From NCBI GenBank assembly GCA_964230025.1, contig CAXRFO010000012.1, forward strand, positions 516,136-580,135: a stretch of 64,000 bases of DNA, written 5' to 3'. The stretch comes from Flavobacteriales bacterium. Its GTDB lineage: Bacteria > Bacteroidota > Bacteroidia > Flavobacteriales_D > JAUILH01. Positions 30,855 through 40,234 of this stretch are shown here, piece by piece (positions within the stretch are counted from its first letter, which is position 1; each line of letters begins with the position of its first letter). Under the pieces are notes generated by a model that had not been told where the DNA came from, ran no database searches, and saw only the letters and a program-made list of their open reading frames with translations. A program made the position numbers and the translations under genes.

Positions 30855-31256
30855 TCAAAGTTGTTTAACGCGCTGAAGCTTCTGAGTCATTTCTTGATAG
30901 GCCTCACATTTTTGAATTTCTGCGGTTTCAATCCCTAATTCTCCCTGGCATCTTTTGCTAATTTCTGAAATTTTATCCTGCCCTTTTAGGAAGGTGTTTT
31001 TGGCCCTTTCCTTATCGGCTTCATCGCCTTGTAACTCCCTAAGGTTTTCAGAAGTTAAAATAAGTCGATCCAAAACAGTTTCTATGGCATCCACACACTC
31101 GCAGGCTTCATTTAAATCATCCAGCTTAATGTCGTCAAAAGTGACTTGGCCATTTTTGGTTTCTTTCTCTTCTTTTTCTTCAGTTGTTTCATTTGAATCA
31201 CCGCAAGAAAAAAGGCTTAGGCTTATAGCAATGGCTGATAGGAGAAGGTATTTCAT
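30855..31256 (-). CDS. Small acidic coiled-coil lipoprotein
   Basis: Lipobox LFSCG. 133 aa. Immediately downstream of the flotillin gene. Confidence 0.5.
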   Translation of the reverse strand: MKYLLLSAIAISLSLFSCGDSNETTEEKEEKETKNGQVTFDDIKLDDLNEACECVDAIETVLDRLILTSENLRELQGDEADKERAKNTFLKGQDKISEISKRCQGELGIETAEIQKCEAYQEMTQKLQRVKQL

Positions 31257-31280
31257 TCTATTTTGTTTGATGGCTTGATG

Positions 31281-32720
31281 TTAATCTTCTGTTTTATCTT
31301 CATCCACTTCCTTAGCTTCCTGTGCATCTTGCACATTTTTACCTTTGAGGTATTCTGGAAGTTGCATGCCCGCCATGTTAAACATTTCTTCTAGGGGCGG
31401 CACGGATTTATACAGGCCAGAAACAAAGTCAGCGGTGGAGTTTTTACCATCCTTGCTGTTGCTTCCTCCGTCCCATACAGTAACCTTATCAATTTTGATG
31501 TTCTTGATAGCCTCTGCTTGGGTTCTTACAAGTTCAGGTAATTTATCAGCTACCATCAATAGGACTGCATCACTAGGGTTTCCGTTGGCAGCTTTTACAA
31601 TTTCTTCTAAACCGGATGCTTGTTTGGTTAATACTTCATACAAACCTTGGGCTTCTGCCTGGGCTTTGAAAAGGATAGCGTCCGCCTCACCTTTTGCCAA
31701 ACGACGAACTCTTTCGGCATCCGCTTCAGCGTCAATCTCAACTTTTCGTTTGTCGATTTCGGCGGGGACAACAATATCTGCTGTCTGGGATGCTCTTTCT
31801 CTTTCGGCACGAGCAATTTCTGCTTCTCTTTCAGAAGCATAGGCTTCTTCCAAAGCTTTGGCAGCTTGAACTTTCTCAGAAGCAATGGCCGTTCTTTCCG
31901 CTTCTGCTTCACGCTGACGTCTTAGAGATTCCGAATTGGCAATGTTAATCTTTGCTATGTTTTCTCCCTCTACAGCTTGCGCATTTGCAGCTGCTACCTT
32001 TGTTCTCTGATCCTGCATTGCATTAGCCTCACCGATGGAACCATCTCTGTTTTTCTCCGCAACAGAACGACGGGCATCATTGATGGCATGCGCTGCTGCT
32101 TCCTTACCCAGGGCCTCAATATATCCTGACTCATCGTGTATATCTGTAATGTTTACGTTGATGAGTTTAAGCCCTACCTTCTTTAACTCCGCCTCAACAG
32201 AGTGCGAAATATTTGAAAGGAATTTATCTCTATCTGCGTTGATTTCCTCAATGTCCATAGAGGCAACTACCAAACGCAACTGACCAAAAATAATTTCCTT
32301 TGCCAACTCCTGAATTTCTGGAAGCTTGCGGCCTAAAAGTCTCTCTGCAGCGTTTTGCATAACGCCCGGTTCAGTGGAGATACCGATGGTAAAGCTGGAT
32401 GGTACATTCACACGAATGTTTTGCTTAGAAAGCGCATTTACCAGGTTTACATCTATCGAAATCGGAGTTAAATCTAGGTATTCATAATCCTGAATAACAG
32501 GCCAAATAAATGCCGCTCCACCATGAATACATTTTGCGGATTCTCCACTTCCTACTTTACCGTATACTACCAGTATTCTATCTGAAGGACAACGCTTGTA
32601 ACGACGAATAAAGGCCATGATGACCAAGAAGAAAAATCCTACAATTACCGCTGTAAGAATTATAGCGGGTGAAAAGGGCAACTCGTCAGTTGCGGCCAAA
32701 AAGGTTGGGTAAACGTTCAT
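31281..32720 (-). CDS. Flotillin/SPFH (band 7) family protein, YqiK-like
   Basis: N-terminal TM helix, SPFH domain, and a long Ala/Glu-rich coiled coil (AEAERTAIASEKVQAAKALEEA...). Confidence 0.8.
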   Translation of the reverse strand: MNVYPTFLAATDELPFSPAIILTAVIVGFFFLVIMAFIRRYKRCPSDRILVVYGKVGSGESAKCIHGGAAFIWPVIQDYEYLDLTPISIDVNLVNALSKQNIRVNVPSSFTIGISTEPGVMQNAAERLLGRKLPEIQELAKEIIFGQLRLVVASMDIEEINADRDKFLSNISHSVEAELKKVGLKLINVNITDIHDESGYIEALGKEAAAHAINDARRSVAEKNRDGSIGEANAMQDQRTKVAAANAQAVEGENIAKINIANSESLRRQREAEAERTAIASEKVQAAKALEEAYASEREAEIARAERERASQTADIVVPAEIDKRKVEIDAEADAERVRRLAKGEADAILFKAQAEAQGLYEVLTKQASGLEEIVKAANGNPSDAVLLMVADKLPELVRTQAEAIKNIKIDKVTVWDGGSNSKDGKNSTADFVSGLYKSVPPLEEMFNMAGMQLPEYLKGKNVQDAQEAKEVDEDKTED

Positions 32721-33295
32721 TATTTGCTTTCTTTTTCTATAATTAAAATTCCATTTGCGGATACTTTGTTCACGCGAATGACAGTTCCTTGTTTCAAGTC
32801 TTCTTCTTCATCCGTAAGGGCCTCAAGTTCACGCAGCGCTCCTTGAATGCGAATGTGTACTTTTCCTATCCCTCCTCGTTTCGCTTGGACGGTGAGGTAA
32901 ACTTCTCCCATAAGACCAACGGCGTTTTTCATGTTCAGTGTTCCGCTGTCTTGCATCCTGCTTAAGTAGTAGAATAAGGCTGCCATAATGGTCATCATTA
33001 ACAAACCAGCAAATGCAGAAACGACAATGGAAGCCGTGTTGGACATGCCTGCATCAAGGCAGGTAATCCCTGTCCAACCAAAAACGGCGAAAAAGGAAAT
33101 GATGTTTTTTACGGTAAGAAATTGGAAACCAGCTCCAGTATCGGCTTCAATTTCAGCATCTACATCCATATCTGCATCCGCATCTCCCCCGATTAAGGTT
33201 AGCACCAACATGATCAAAAATAGAATACCGCCAACCAAAGCAAAAACCCAGTAGGTTTTTTCTAAGGCTGTTAATGCTGAAAACCAATCTCCCAT
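32720..33295 (-). CDS. NfeD/YqiJ-like membrane protein with a C-terminal OB-fold
   Basis: TM helices, acidic loop (DADADMDVDAEIEAD), C-terminal beta-rich OB-like segment. Directly upstream of the flotillin gene with a 1-nt overlap. Confidence 0.6.
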   Translation of the reverse strand: MGDWFSALTALEKTYWVFALVGGILFLIMLVLTLIGGDADADMDVDAEIEADTGAGFQFLTVKNIISFFAVFGWTGITCLDAGMSNTASIVVSAFAGLLMMTIMAALFYYLSRMQDSGTLNMKNAVGLMGEVYLTVQAKRGGIGKVHIRIQGALRELEALTDEEEDLKQGTVIRVNKVSANGILIIEKESK

Positions 33296-33412
33296 AGACT
33301 TTTAAGTTGTTTTAGGTGAAAATAGGGAATTTTTGGATTTGGCGGTATTTTATGCAGATATTTATTTGATTTTGAGTCCGAAATCGTTTTAAATCAGCTT
33401 AGATAGACGAAA

Positions 33413-34444
33413 ATGGGACAAAAAGCGTTTTGCTCGCATGCATTTTTTACTTTTGAAGCTGTTTTGAAGAAAATCTTGATCATACGCTTTAGTTCCATTG
33501 GGGATATCGTTCTTACGAGTCCTGTTATACGTTGCGTGAAAAAGCAGGTCAAAGGTGCTGAGGTTCATGTATTGTGCAAGGCTTCTTATGCTTTTATTCA
33601 TGAAGAAAGTCCATACATTGATAAAGTGTGGACCGTGAAAGATGGTTTATCTGAAGCAACAACTCAACTAAAAAAAGTAGGCTTTGACTTCATTGTTGAC
33701 CTTCATAAAAACATACGCTCTAAACGGGTTATTTCTGCATTGAGAGGTGTGAAATCGGCCTCTTTTCCAAAGCTCAATTTCCAAAAGTGGTTACTCGTTA
33801 ATACCGGAATAGACCACTTAGGAAATGAGCATATTGTGGACCGATATTTTAAGGCGGTTGAAAGCCTAAGGGTTAAGAATGATGGTGAAGGATTGGATTA
33901 TTTTCTTGGAGAAAATTACAAGCTGTCTTTACTCAGAGCACCCTTCGACTCCGCTCAGGGTGAGGGGAAATATTTGGTGTGGGTTATAGGTGGCCAACAT
34001 GCAGGAAAACGTATGGACAAGGTCAAAATATTGGATAACCTATTACAGTGGAACTACCCTACACTTATTCTGGGTGGTGATGAGGACGCTGAAGTTGGTT
34101 CTTTCATAGCCGAAAATGCAAATCATGTGTCGAACTATTGTGGTAAGCTAAGCTTTAACGATTCAGTAGCAGTGATTCGAGATGCCCATGCGGTGATTAG
34201 TCATGATACCGGATTAATGCACGTTGCGGCGGCATTTAAAAAGAACATTCTTTCTTTATGGGGGCAAACCACTCCGCGTTTTGGAATGTACCCTTACATG
34301 GCCGGTGAGAACTCCGTGATTTTAGAACCCGAAAGAAGACGCTCTCTTTCAAAACTAGGGAACAAGGGATTCTCACAACATCCTATGATGCATATTGCGG
34401 ATAGCAAAATTGTTGCTTGGGTAAAGGAGCGTTTTCAGGATTAA
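33413..34444 (+). CDS. Glycosyltransferase family 9 (heptosyltransferase-like)
   Basis: KKILIIRFSSIGDIVLTSPVIRCVK N-terminal motif. The true start may be the in-frame TTG near 33464 (giving MKKILII). Confidence 0.7.
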   Translation: MGQKAFCSHAFFTFEAVLKKILIIRFSSIGDIVLTSPVIRCVKKQVKGAEVHVLCKASYAFIHEESPYIDKVWTVKDGLSEATTQLKKVGFDFIVDLHKNIRSKRVISALRGVKSASFPKLNFQKWLLVNTGIDHLGNEHIVDRYFKAVESLRVKNDGEGLDYFLGENYKLSLLRAPFDSAQGEGKYLVWVIGGQHAGKRMDKVKILDNLLQWNYPTLILGGDEDAEVGSFIAENANHVSNYCGKLSFNDSVAVIRDAHAVISHDTGLMHVAAAFKKNILSLWGQTTPRFGMYPYMAGENSVILEPERRRSLSKLGNKGFSQHPMMHIADSKIVAWVKERFQD

Positions 34445-34535
34445 TTCGTCTTTTTTAGACAGCGGATAAATAAATTACTTTAGGAGTTAGCAATTAATTT
34501 TTCGCAGTGACCGTGGAATGGTTCCACAATGAGGT

Positions 34536-35060
34536 TTAGGCTTTTTCTCTTTCTTCAAAAATTTCTTTGAGTTCGGTGGCTTCACTTGGTTTCATTCTGC
34601 CTGCAAGGACTAAACTCAATTGTTTACGTCTTAATGCTGATGCATATCGGCGCTTTTCTGATTCAGTTTCCGGCTCTACTTGAGGAACTCCAATAGCCGA
34701 TCCGTTTTGATCGATGGCTACGAAAACAAAGATGGCCTCATTTGATTTTTCTTTTTTCCCAGAAACCCTATCCTCCACAAAAACCTCAACGACTACTTCC
34801 ATCGAACTACTGAATGCACGACTAACTTTTGCTTCAAGAGTGACCAATGAACCTAATGGAATAGGATTGGAAAAGCTAATATTATAAACGTTTGCAGTGA
34901 CCACCACTCTTTTGGACGCACGGTGTGCAGATATGGAGGCAATCTCATCCATCCAGGCCATCAGGGTTCCACCAAACAAATTGTTTTGCATGTTGGTGTC
35001 GTTCGGTAAAACAAAATGTGTACTTACTGCTAGCGTGTCAATGGCTTTGATTACTTTCAT
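34536..35060 (-). CDS. Acyl-CoA thioesterase (hotdog fold, YciA-like)
   Basis: VLPNDTNMQNNLFGGTLMAWMDEIASI motif. 174 aa. Confidence 0.7.
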   Translation of the reverse strand: MKVIKAIDTLAVSTHFVLPNDTNMQNNLFGGTLMAWMDEIASISAHRASKRVVVTANVYNISFSNPIPLGSLVTLEAKVSRAFSSSMEVVVEVFVEDRVSGKKEKSNEAIFVFVAIDQNGSAIGVPQVEPETESEKRRYASALRRKQLSLVLAGRMKPSEATELKEIFEEREKA

Positions 35061-35105
35061 TCTCGGATTTTCGACAAAGATACTTTCTTTCCGCTCGAGA
35101 AACGT

Positions 35106-37748
35106 CTATTTCCCGAGATAATTTACGTTGAAAAAGTCCATATAGCCGTCAACGTCCTGATCAATATAGAAGCTTGCATAGTTCTTATGGCTAATTACAA
35201 AAGAAGTGTAACGATCAGCTATATTTTTTAACTGCTTGTTGTTTTTAATGAATGCGTTGTAATAGATCATCGCCTCTTCCATCTCATCAAAACTTCTAAC
35301 CACCACCGTATAAAACTCTTCTCCCATGGGGGTGCTTTTTACCTTTAGATTCTTTGTTGGGAAATTCGCTTTGTTAAAGTTTGAAACAGCAATGTTGATG
35401 TTGCCTACTTTACCAACGCTTTGAGGATATAATAAAACCAGGAAATGCTCCATATCCGAGTTGAAAATGTACTTCCCATTGTTGTTGGGATCTTTAATAG
35501 ACGAAACATTGCGTAATCGGTTTAAGATGGCTTGTGCCCTTTCTGCTTCAGAAGTTCCACTGTGATTTTGTATGATTAGGTTCAAGGGTGGCCCCAGAAC
35601 ATCTAAGCCCTTATTACCTTCTTCTGCCAAGGTGTATACTTTCAAGAGCAGGAGTTTGGCAGCCAAAGGAGACTTTCCATTGGCTAGAATCTTGTCTATG
35701 TCACTTACAATTCCTTCATACTTTTCCTGTTCATATCGCCTGTAAAGCGTGGCGTATTCTTGCTGGGCCTTCTCCAAATCCGCACCTTTATCTTCAAGAT
35801 AGGAAGGGTTTTTAATGAGCATTGCATACTCTGAATTTGGATAATTATCTAAGATCTCTTTCTTATGATAATCTGACTTAGTGCTTAGCTTGGCCTTCTT
35901 ATAGTCTAAATAAAGTTGAAAATGAGATGCAGGTTTTAGATCATTTTTAGGAAAACGAGATATTAAATCCTCAAAATATTTACGGCTCAGTTCCTTCTCT
36001 CCAAAATTCTCTCGGTAAATTACACCTAAATTGTAATGAGCCTCAGCGGTAGCATTTTTAAGAGAATCAATCTCCATATCGCTGGTAGGGATGTCTTTTA
36101 AGTAGTATTCAACACTGTAAGGGTCATTTGATGCCAAATCAACACTGTCACCACCGTTTTCTCCATCACCACCAAAACTAATAGAGGATTTGTTGGACCT
36201 TCTCCAGTCATCTTCATTTGGTCGATCTCCCCAGAAGTTTTTAAATTGATTGTAGCCAAAGGCTTTCGCTTCTTCATTATACCAATACCAATCTCCTTTT
36301 CCTCCTCCTAAACCAGAACCTTGCATGGCCTGAGCTTTTGCGTCAAGAATTGCCCTTTCCTTTGCTTGAAGCTCCTCAATATAATTCTCAAAAAGTTTTA
36401 CTCTATCCTTTTCGGGCATATTATAAATACGGATAAGACTATCATTGAGCTCAATTATATCCAAATTATTAACTAAATCCGTTAAGCCTTCAGAACGATC
36501 CAAGACTCTTGGGTATTCTTTCTCAGACTCTTTTAAATTCGATAGACTTTTATCATAATTGGTTTTCGCCTTTTTGTAGGCTTTCTTATCATAATAGTAG
36601 TCTGCAAGTCGAGTGAAAATTTTTGCGGCTAGCTTTTGATTTGCTCCTGTTTTCTCTGATGCTAAAACCAAATACTCTTCGCCCTTTTCCTCATTACCAT
36701 CGTTAAACTCTAGCTCAGCGAGGGCAAAATATAACTGATCCAGATACTCCTTGTTCTTCTCGTCCTCTGCCATTAATAGAAGCTCTTGTTTTAGGCCCCT
36801 TGTATTATTACCACTGTACATCAAAGCATAGTTTATACGAGCGTTAAATTCCATCTCATATACAGGCGATATTTTAGCCACGTACTTGTACAAATCAGAT
36901 GCCTCATCTCGAAAGCCCTTTTCCTGTTTAAGCTGAGCTAACACATAGCTGTATCTTGCTCGTTGAGCCTTCTTCAGTTTTTCTTCTAGTGCTTTTTCCA
37001 AATATTCAATTGCCTTATTGTACTCCTCCTTCTCTATGTACATTTGGGCAATAAAGGGATATAGCTCTGCGCGAAACTCTTTGGGTACTTCTGCTACCTC
37101 TCCAGTTTTTTTAGCAATATCATATTTCTCATAACGCTGAAGCAATCTCGCTTCTACTTTGATATTCCCTTCTTCTTTATCTACCATTAACTGCTCGACT
37201 AGGGCGATAGAAGATTGTGCGTCAGCATACTTTTCTTGTTCCGCATATACTCTTGCTATCCAATAGTAGGCATAATAACGGGTGTCTTGTGTGGGATAAG
37301 TATTTATAATATGATTCAGTATTTCCTCTGCTCTTTCGTAGTTGTGCATATAAAAATATGCTTTGGCCATTTCCAACCAGTTATCATCAATCCAGCTGTT
37401 CCATTCTGCCTTTTTTTGCTTTGATTCAATGGAAGGCATGGAGTGCTTGTTTAATACCCTTGAAATTTTGTCAATAGATATGTTCATTGATTCTCGCATA
37501 GCCTCCGCATTCTCAAAATCTGGATAGATATAGATGGGAAGAAGCTCCGAGTAATCTTCCTTATAGTTTTGCTGGTAGGAGTTTAAAGCTTGTTTGGTAT
37601 TTTCTTTTGCGTTAAAATAACCATTGTAATGTGCGGTCATTTGATGATAGCCACGGTTCAACCAAGCTTCCTTGTTTGTGGTGCAAGCATGTATGACTAG
37701 GCCAATGATTAAGCCGTAAAATATTTTAACTCTATTTGCTTTTAGCAC
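35106..37748 (-). CDS. Large TPR-repeat lipoprotein, possibly the gliding/T9SS component SprE/PorW
   Basis: Lipobox VIHAC. 880 aa. Multiple TPR-like helical repeats. Assignment to SprE/PorW rests on size, lipoprotein nature and genomic context (gldH and T9SS cargo in the window). Confidence 0.55.
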   Translation of the reverse strand: MLKANRVKIFYGLIIGLVIHACTTNKEAWLNRGYHQMTAHYNGYFNAKENTKQALNSYQQNYKEDYSELLPIYIYPDFENAEAMRESMNISIDKISRVLNKHSMPSIESKQKKAEWNSWIDDNWLEMAKAYFYMHNYERAEEILNHIINTYPTQDTRYYAYYWIARVYAEQEKYADAQSSIALVEQLMVDKEEGNIKVEARLLQRYEKYDIAKKTGEVAEVPKEFRAELYPFIAQMYIEKEEYNKAIEYLEKALEEKLKKAQRARYSYVLAQLKQEKGFRDEASDLYKYVAKISPVYEMEFNARINYALMYSGNNTRGLKQELLLMAEDEKNKEYLDQLYFALAELEFNDGNEEKGEEYLVLASEKTGANQKLAAKIFTRLADYYYDKKAYKKAKTNYDKSLSNLKESEKEYPRVLDRSEGLTDLVNNLDIIELNDSLIRIYNMPEKDRVKLFENYIEELQAKERAILDAKAQAMQGSGLGGGKGDWYWYNEEAKAFGYNQFKNFWGDRPNEDDWRRSNKSSISFGGDGENGGDSVDLASNDPYSVEYYLKDIPTSDMEIDSLKNATAEAHYNLGVIYRENFGEKELSRKYFEDLISRFPKNDLKPASHFQLYLDYKKAKLSTKSDYHKKEILDNYPNSEYAMLIKNPSYLEDKGADLEKAQQEYATLYRRYEQEKYEGIVSDIDKILANGKSPLAAKLLLLKVYTLAEEGNKGLDVLGPPLNLIIQNHSGTSEAERAQAILNRLRNVSSIKDPNNNGKYIFNSDMEHFLVLLYPQSVGKVGNINIAVSNFNKANFPTKNLKVKSTPMGEEFYTVVVRSFDEMEEAMIYYNAFIKNNKQLKNIADRYTSFVISHKNYASFYIDQDVDGYMDFFNVNYLGK

Positions 37749-37859
37749 CTTCTAATAACTCTAAACGCACAAAAATATTTTATTTCTGGGATAATTAAGC
37801 TTTTCAAGCTATTAAATCCTCATTTTCTAAGACTTTTATAAGATATTTGTAGGTGTAGA

Positions 37860-38711
37860 ATGGAGAAGAAATCTAAAAAACGACTGGATTGGAAAAAGAA
37901 GCTGAGGTTTGTTGCCGTTGATCCAACTGATTTTAAGGAATACGGTAGCTTCACCGTTTCTCCTGGAAGGTTTCTGACTTATCTTATTGGACTAATCGTT
38001 CTTGTTGCCTTCGGAACCTTTTTACTCATTAATTATACCCCACTAAAATATTTAATTCAGGGCTACCCTGACGGGACCGAACGTCAAGAGTTGATTGACA
38101 TCAGACAAAAAACGGCAAAGCTTGAGCAACAAATAAAAAAATACGAAAAGTACTCACAAAGTACACTTGCGGTGCTTCAAGGTAAAATTCCTGGTGATAC
38201 GGTAATTCAAGAAGTTGATACAACAATAATAAATGGAATAGACACCATTTTGCCAACAAAGGAAGCCCAGGAATTAATCGATGAAATTGAATCCTATTCT
38301 GAGTTTAATCAAGGTGAGCAGAACAATAAAGCTCTGAGTTTTGATCAAAACTTCTTTACCCCCGTTAACGGGGTTATATTAAACCCTTTTGGAACTGAAA
38401 AAGGTGGCTCAGGTTTAGACATAATTATGGGAGGAAAAAGCTTGATTCACACCATACTTCCCGGAACGGTAATAGAGGCTAGTTGGACTGTTGAGAGAGG
38501 TAACACAATTGTTGTTCAACACAATGGAAATTGGCTGAGTGTTTATAGCCATTTAAACCAACCGCTTAAAAGAAAAGGCGATCGCCTTTATCATGGTGAA
38601 GCAATTGCACGATCGGGCAAGAACGGGGACTATCCTGAAGAAAATACGATAAGAATTGAACTTTGGCAAAATGGAAAGGCCGTAAACCCTGAATGGTATT
38701 TAAACTTCTAA
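37860..38711 (+). CDS. M23 family metallopeptidase with N-terminal TM and coiled coil (EnvC-like)
   Basis: GLDIIMGGKSLIHTILPGTVIEASWTVERGNTIVVQHNGNWLSVYSHL matches the M23/LytM domain. Confidence 0.8.
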   Translation: MEKKSKKRLDWKKKLRFVAVDPTDFKEYGSFTVSPGRFLTYLIGLIVLVAFGTFLLINYTPLKYLIQGYPDGTERQELIDIRQKTAKLEQQIKKYEKYSQSTLAVLQGKIPGDTVIQEVDTTIINGIDTILPTKEAQELIDEIESYSEFNQGEQNNKALSFDQNFFTPVNGVILNPFGTEKGGSGLDIIMGGKSLIHTILPGTVIEASWTVERGNTIVVQHNGNWLSVYSHLNQPLKRKGDRLYHGEAIARSGKNGDYPEENTIRIELWQNGKAVNPEWYLNF

Positions 38712-38715
38712 GAAA

Positions 38716-40203
38716 ATGGGAATTAAAGCTGCCTTATCAAAACCCTTTGCCAGAATTGTAAAGAAACGTATTGAAAAATGGGCTTCACAAGCAAGCTTAA
38801 CACAAGAAAAAGTTTTTCAAGACTTAATAAAAAAAGCAAAAAAAACCCAGTTTGGAAAAGACCATGACTTCAACAATATACGCTCTTATGAAGATTTCAA
38901 AAAAAGAGTGCCTGTTAGGGACTATGAAGGGCTAAAGGACTACGTTGAGAAAATTGTTGCAGGCGAAAAGGATGTTTTATGGCCAGGGCAGCCCATATAC
39001 TTGTGTAAAACCAGTGGTACAACATCTGGAGCAAAGTACATCCCCTTAACCAAGGAAAGTATGCCCAATCACATCCACTCTGCAAGAAATGCCATTTTAT
39101 GTTACATAGCGGAAACAGGTAAGGCTGATTTCGTCAATGGCAAAATGATTTTTCTACAAGGCAGTCCCGTTTTAGATAAAAAAGGGGCCATCCCCATGGG
39201 TCGACTTTCTGGAATAGTGGCCAATCATGTCCCAGCATATCTCCAAAAAAACCGAATGCCAAGTTATGAAACGAATTGTATTGAAGATTGGGAAACGAAA
39301 GTTGAAGCCATAAGCAATGAAACCATTAAGGAGGACATGACGCTCATCTCAGGGATACCCAGTTGGGTTCAGATGTACTTTGAGAAACTCATTGAGTTAA
39401 GTGGAAAAAATAGCGTTAAAGATATTTTTCCAAATTTTGACTTATTCATATACGGTGGAGTAAACTTAGACCCTTACCGAGCTAATTTTGACAAGTTAGT
39501 AGGAAAAAAAGTTGATACAATTGAGCTTTATCCAGCCAGCGAAGGTTTTATCGCTTTTCAAGATAGCCAAAAAGAAGAAGGACTTCTGTTGGTTCTGAAC
39601 AAAGGCATATTCTATGAATTTATTCCTGCCGATGAGTACTTTAATGAATCCCCTACTCGCTTAAAAATCGACCAAGTAGAATTGGGGGTAAATTATGCGA
39701 TCATTCTAAATACCAATGCAGGTCTTTGGGGGTATTCCATTGGTGACACGGTAAAATTTGTCTCAAAAGACCCTTACAGAATTATTGTCAGTGGCCGTAT
39801 CAAGCACTTTACCTCAGCATTTGGTGAGCACGTAATCGCTGAAGAAGTTGAAAGCACTATGACCAAAGCGGTCACCGAATTTTCTTGCAGTGTTTCGGAG
39901 TTTCACCTTGCCCCTCAAGTGAACCCAAAAGAAGGTTTACCCTACCATGAATGGTTGGTTGAATTTGAGCAAGAACCAGAAGACTTGGAAGAATTTGCTC
40001 AATTTATTGACCATGAAATGCAGCGCAAAAACATTTATTACAAAGATCTTATTGAAGGATCTGTTCTGAGAACTGCAGTTGTTAGATCTGTAAAAATTGG
40101 TGCATTCAATGCCTATATGAAATCGCAAGGAAAGTTGGGAGGTCAAAATAAGGTTCCACGCCTTGCCAACGACAGAAAAATAGCAGATGCGTTACTCAAA
40201 TAG
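38716..40203 (+). CDS. GH3 (Gretchen Hagen 3) family adenylate-forming enzyme. This is not a glycoside hydrolase.
   Basis: N-terminus and length (495 aa) match the Bacteroidota 'GH3 auxin-responsive promoter' family. LCKTSGTTSGAKYIPLT adenylation motif. Confidence 0.8.
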   Translation: MGIKAALSKPFARIVKKRIEKWASQASLTQEKVFQDLIKKAKKTQFGKDHDFNNIRSYEDFKKRVPVRDYEGLKDYVEKIVAGEKDVLWPGQPIYLCKTSGTTSGAKYIPLTKESMPNHIHSARNAILCYIAETGKADFVNGKMIFLQGSPVLDKKGAIPMGRLSGIVANHVPAYLQKNRMPSYETNCIEDWETKVEAISNETIKEDMTLISGIPSWVQMYFEKLIELSGKNSVKDIFPNFDLFIYGGVNLDPYRANFDKLVGKKVDTIELYPASEGFIAFQDSQKEEGLLLVLNKGIFYEFIPADEYFNESPTRLKIDQVELGVNYAIILNTNAGLWGYSIGDTVKFVSKDPYRIIVSGRIKHFTSAFGEHVIAEEVESTMTKAVTEFSCSVSEFHLAPQVNPKEGLPYHEWLVEFEQEPEDLEEFAQFIDHEMQRKNIYYKDLIEGSVLRTAVVRSVKIGAFNAYMKSQGKLGGQNKVPRLANDRKIADALLK

Positions 40204-40234
40204 CTTTTTGCATAATGTTTGCTAAACCTAGCAT

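Noticed and set aside
38716-40203. Glycoside hydrolase family 3
   Set aside because: GH3 here is the Gretchen-Hagen-3 adenylating enzyme family (GH3 auxin-responsive promoter protein), not a CAZy glycosidase.
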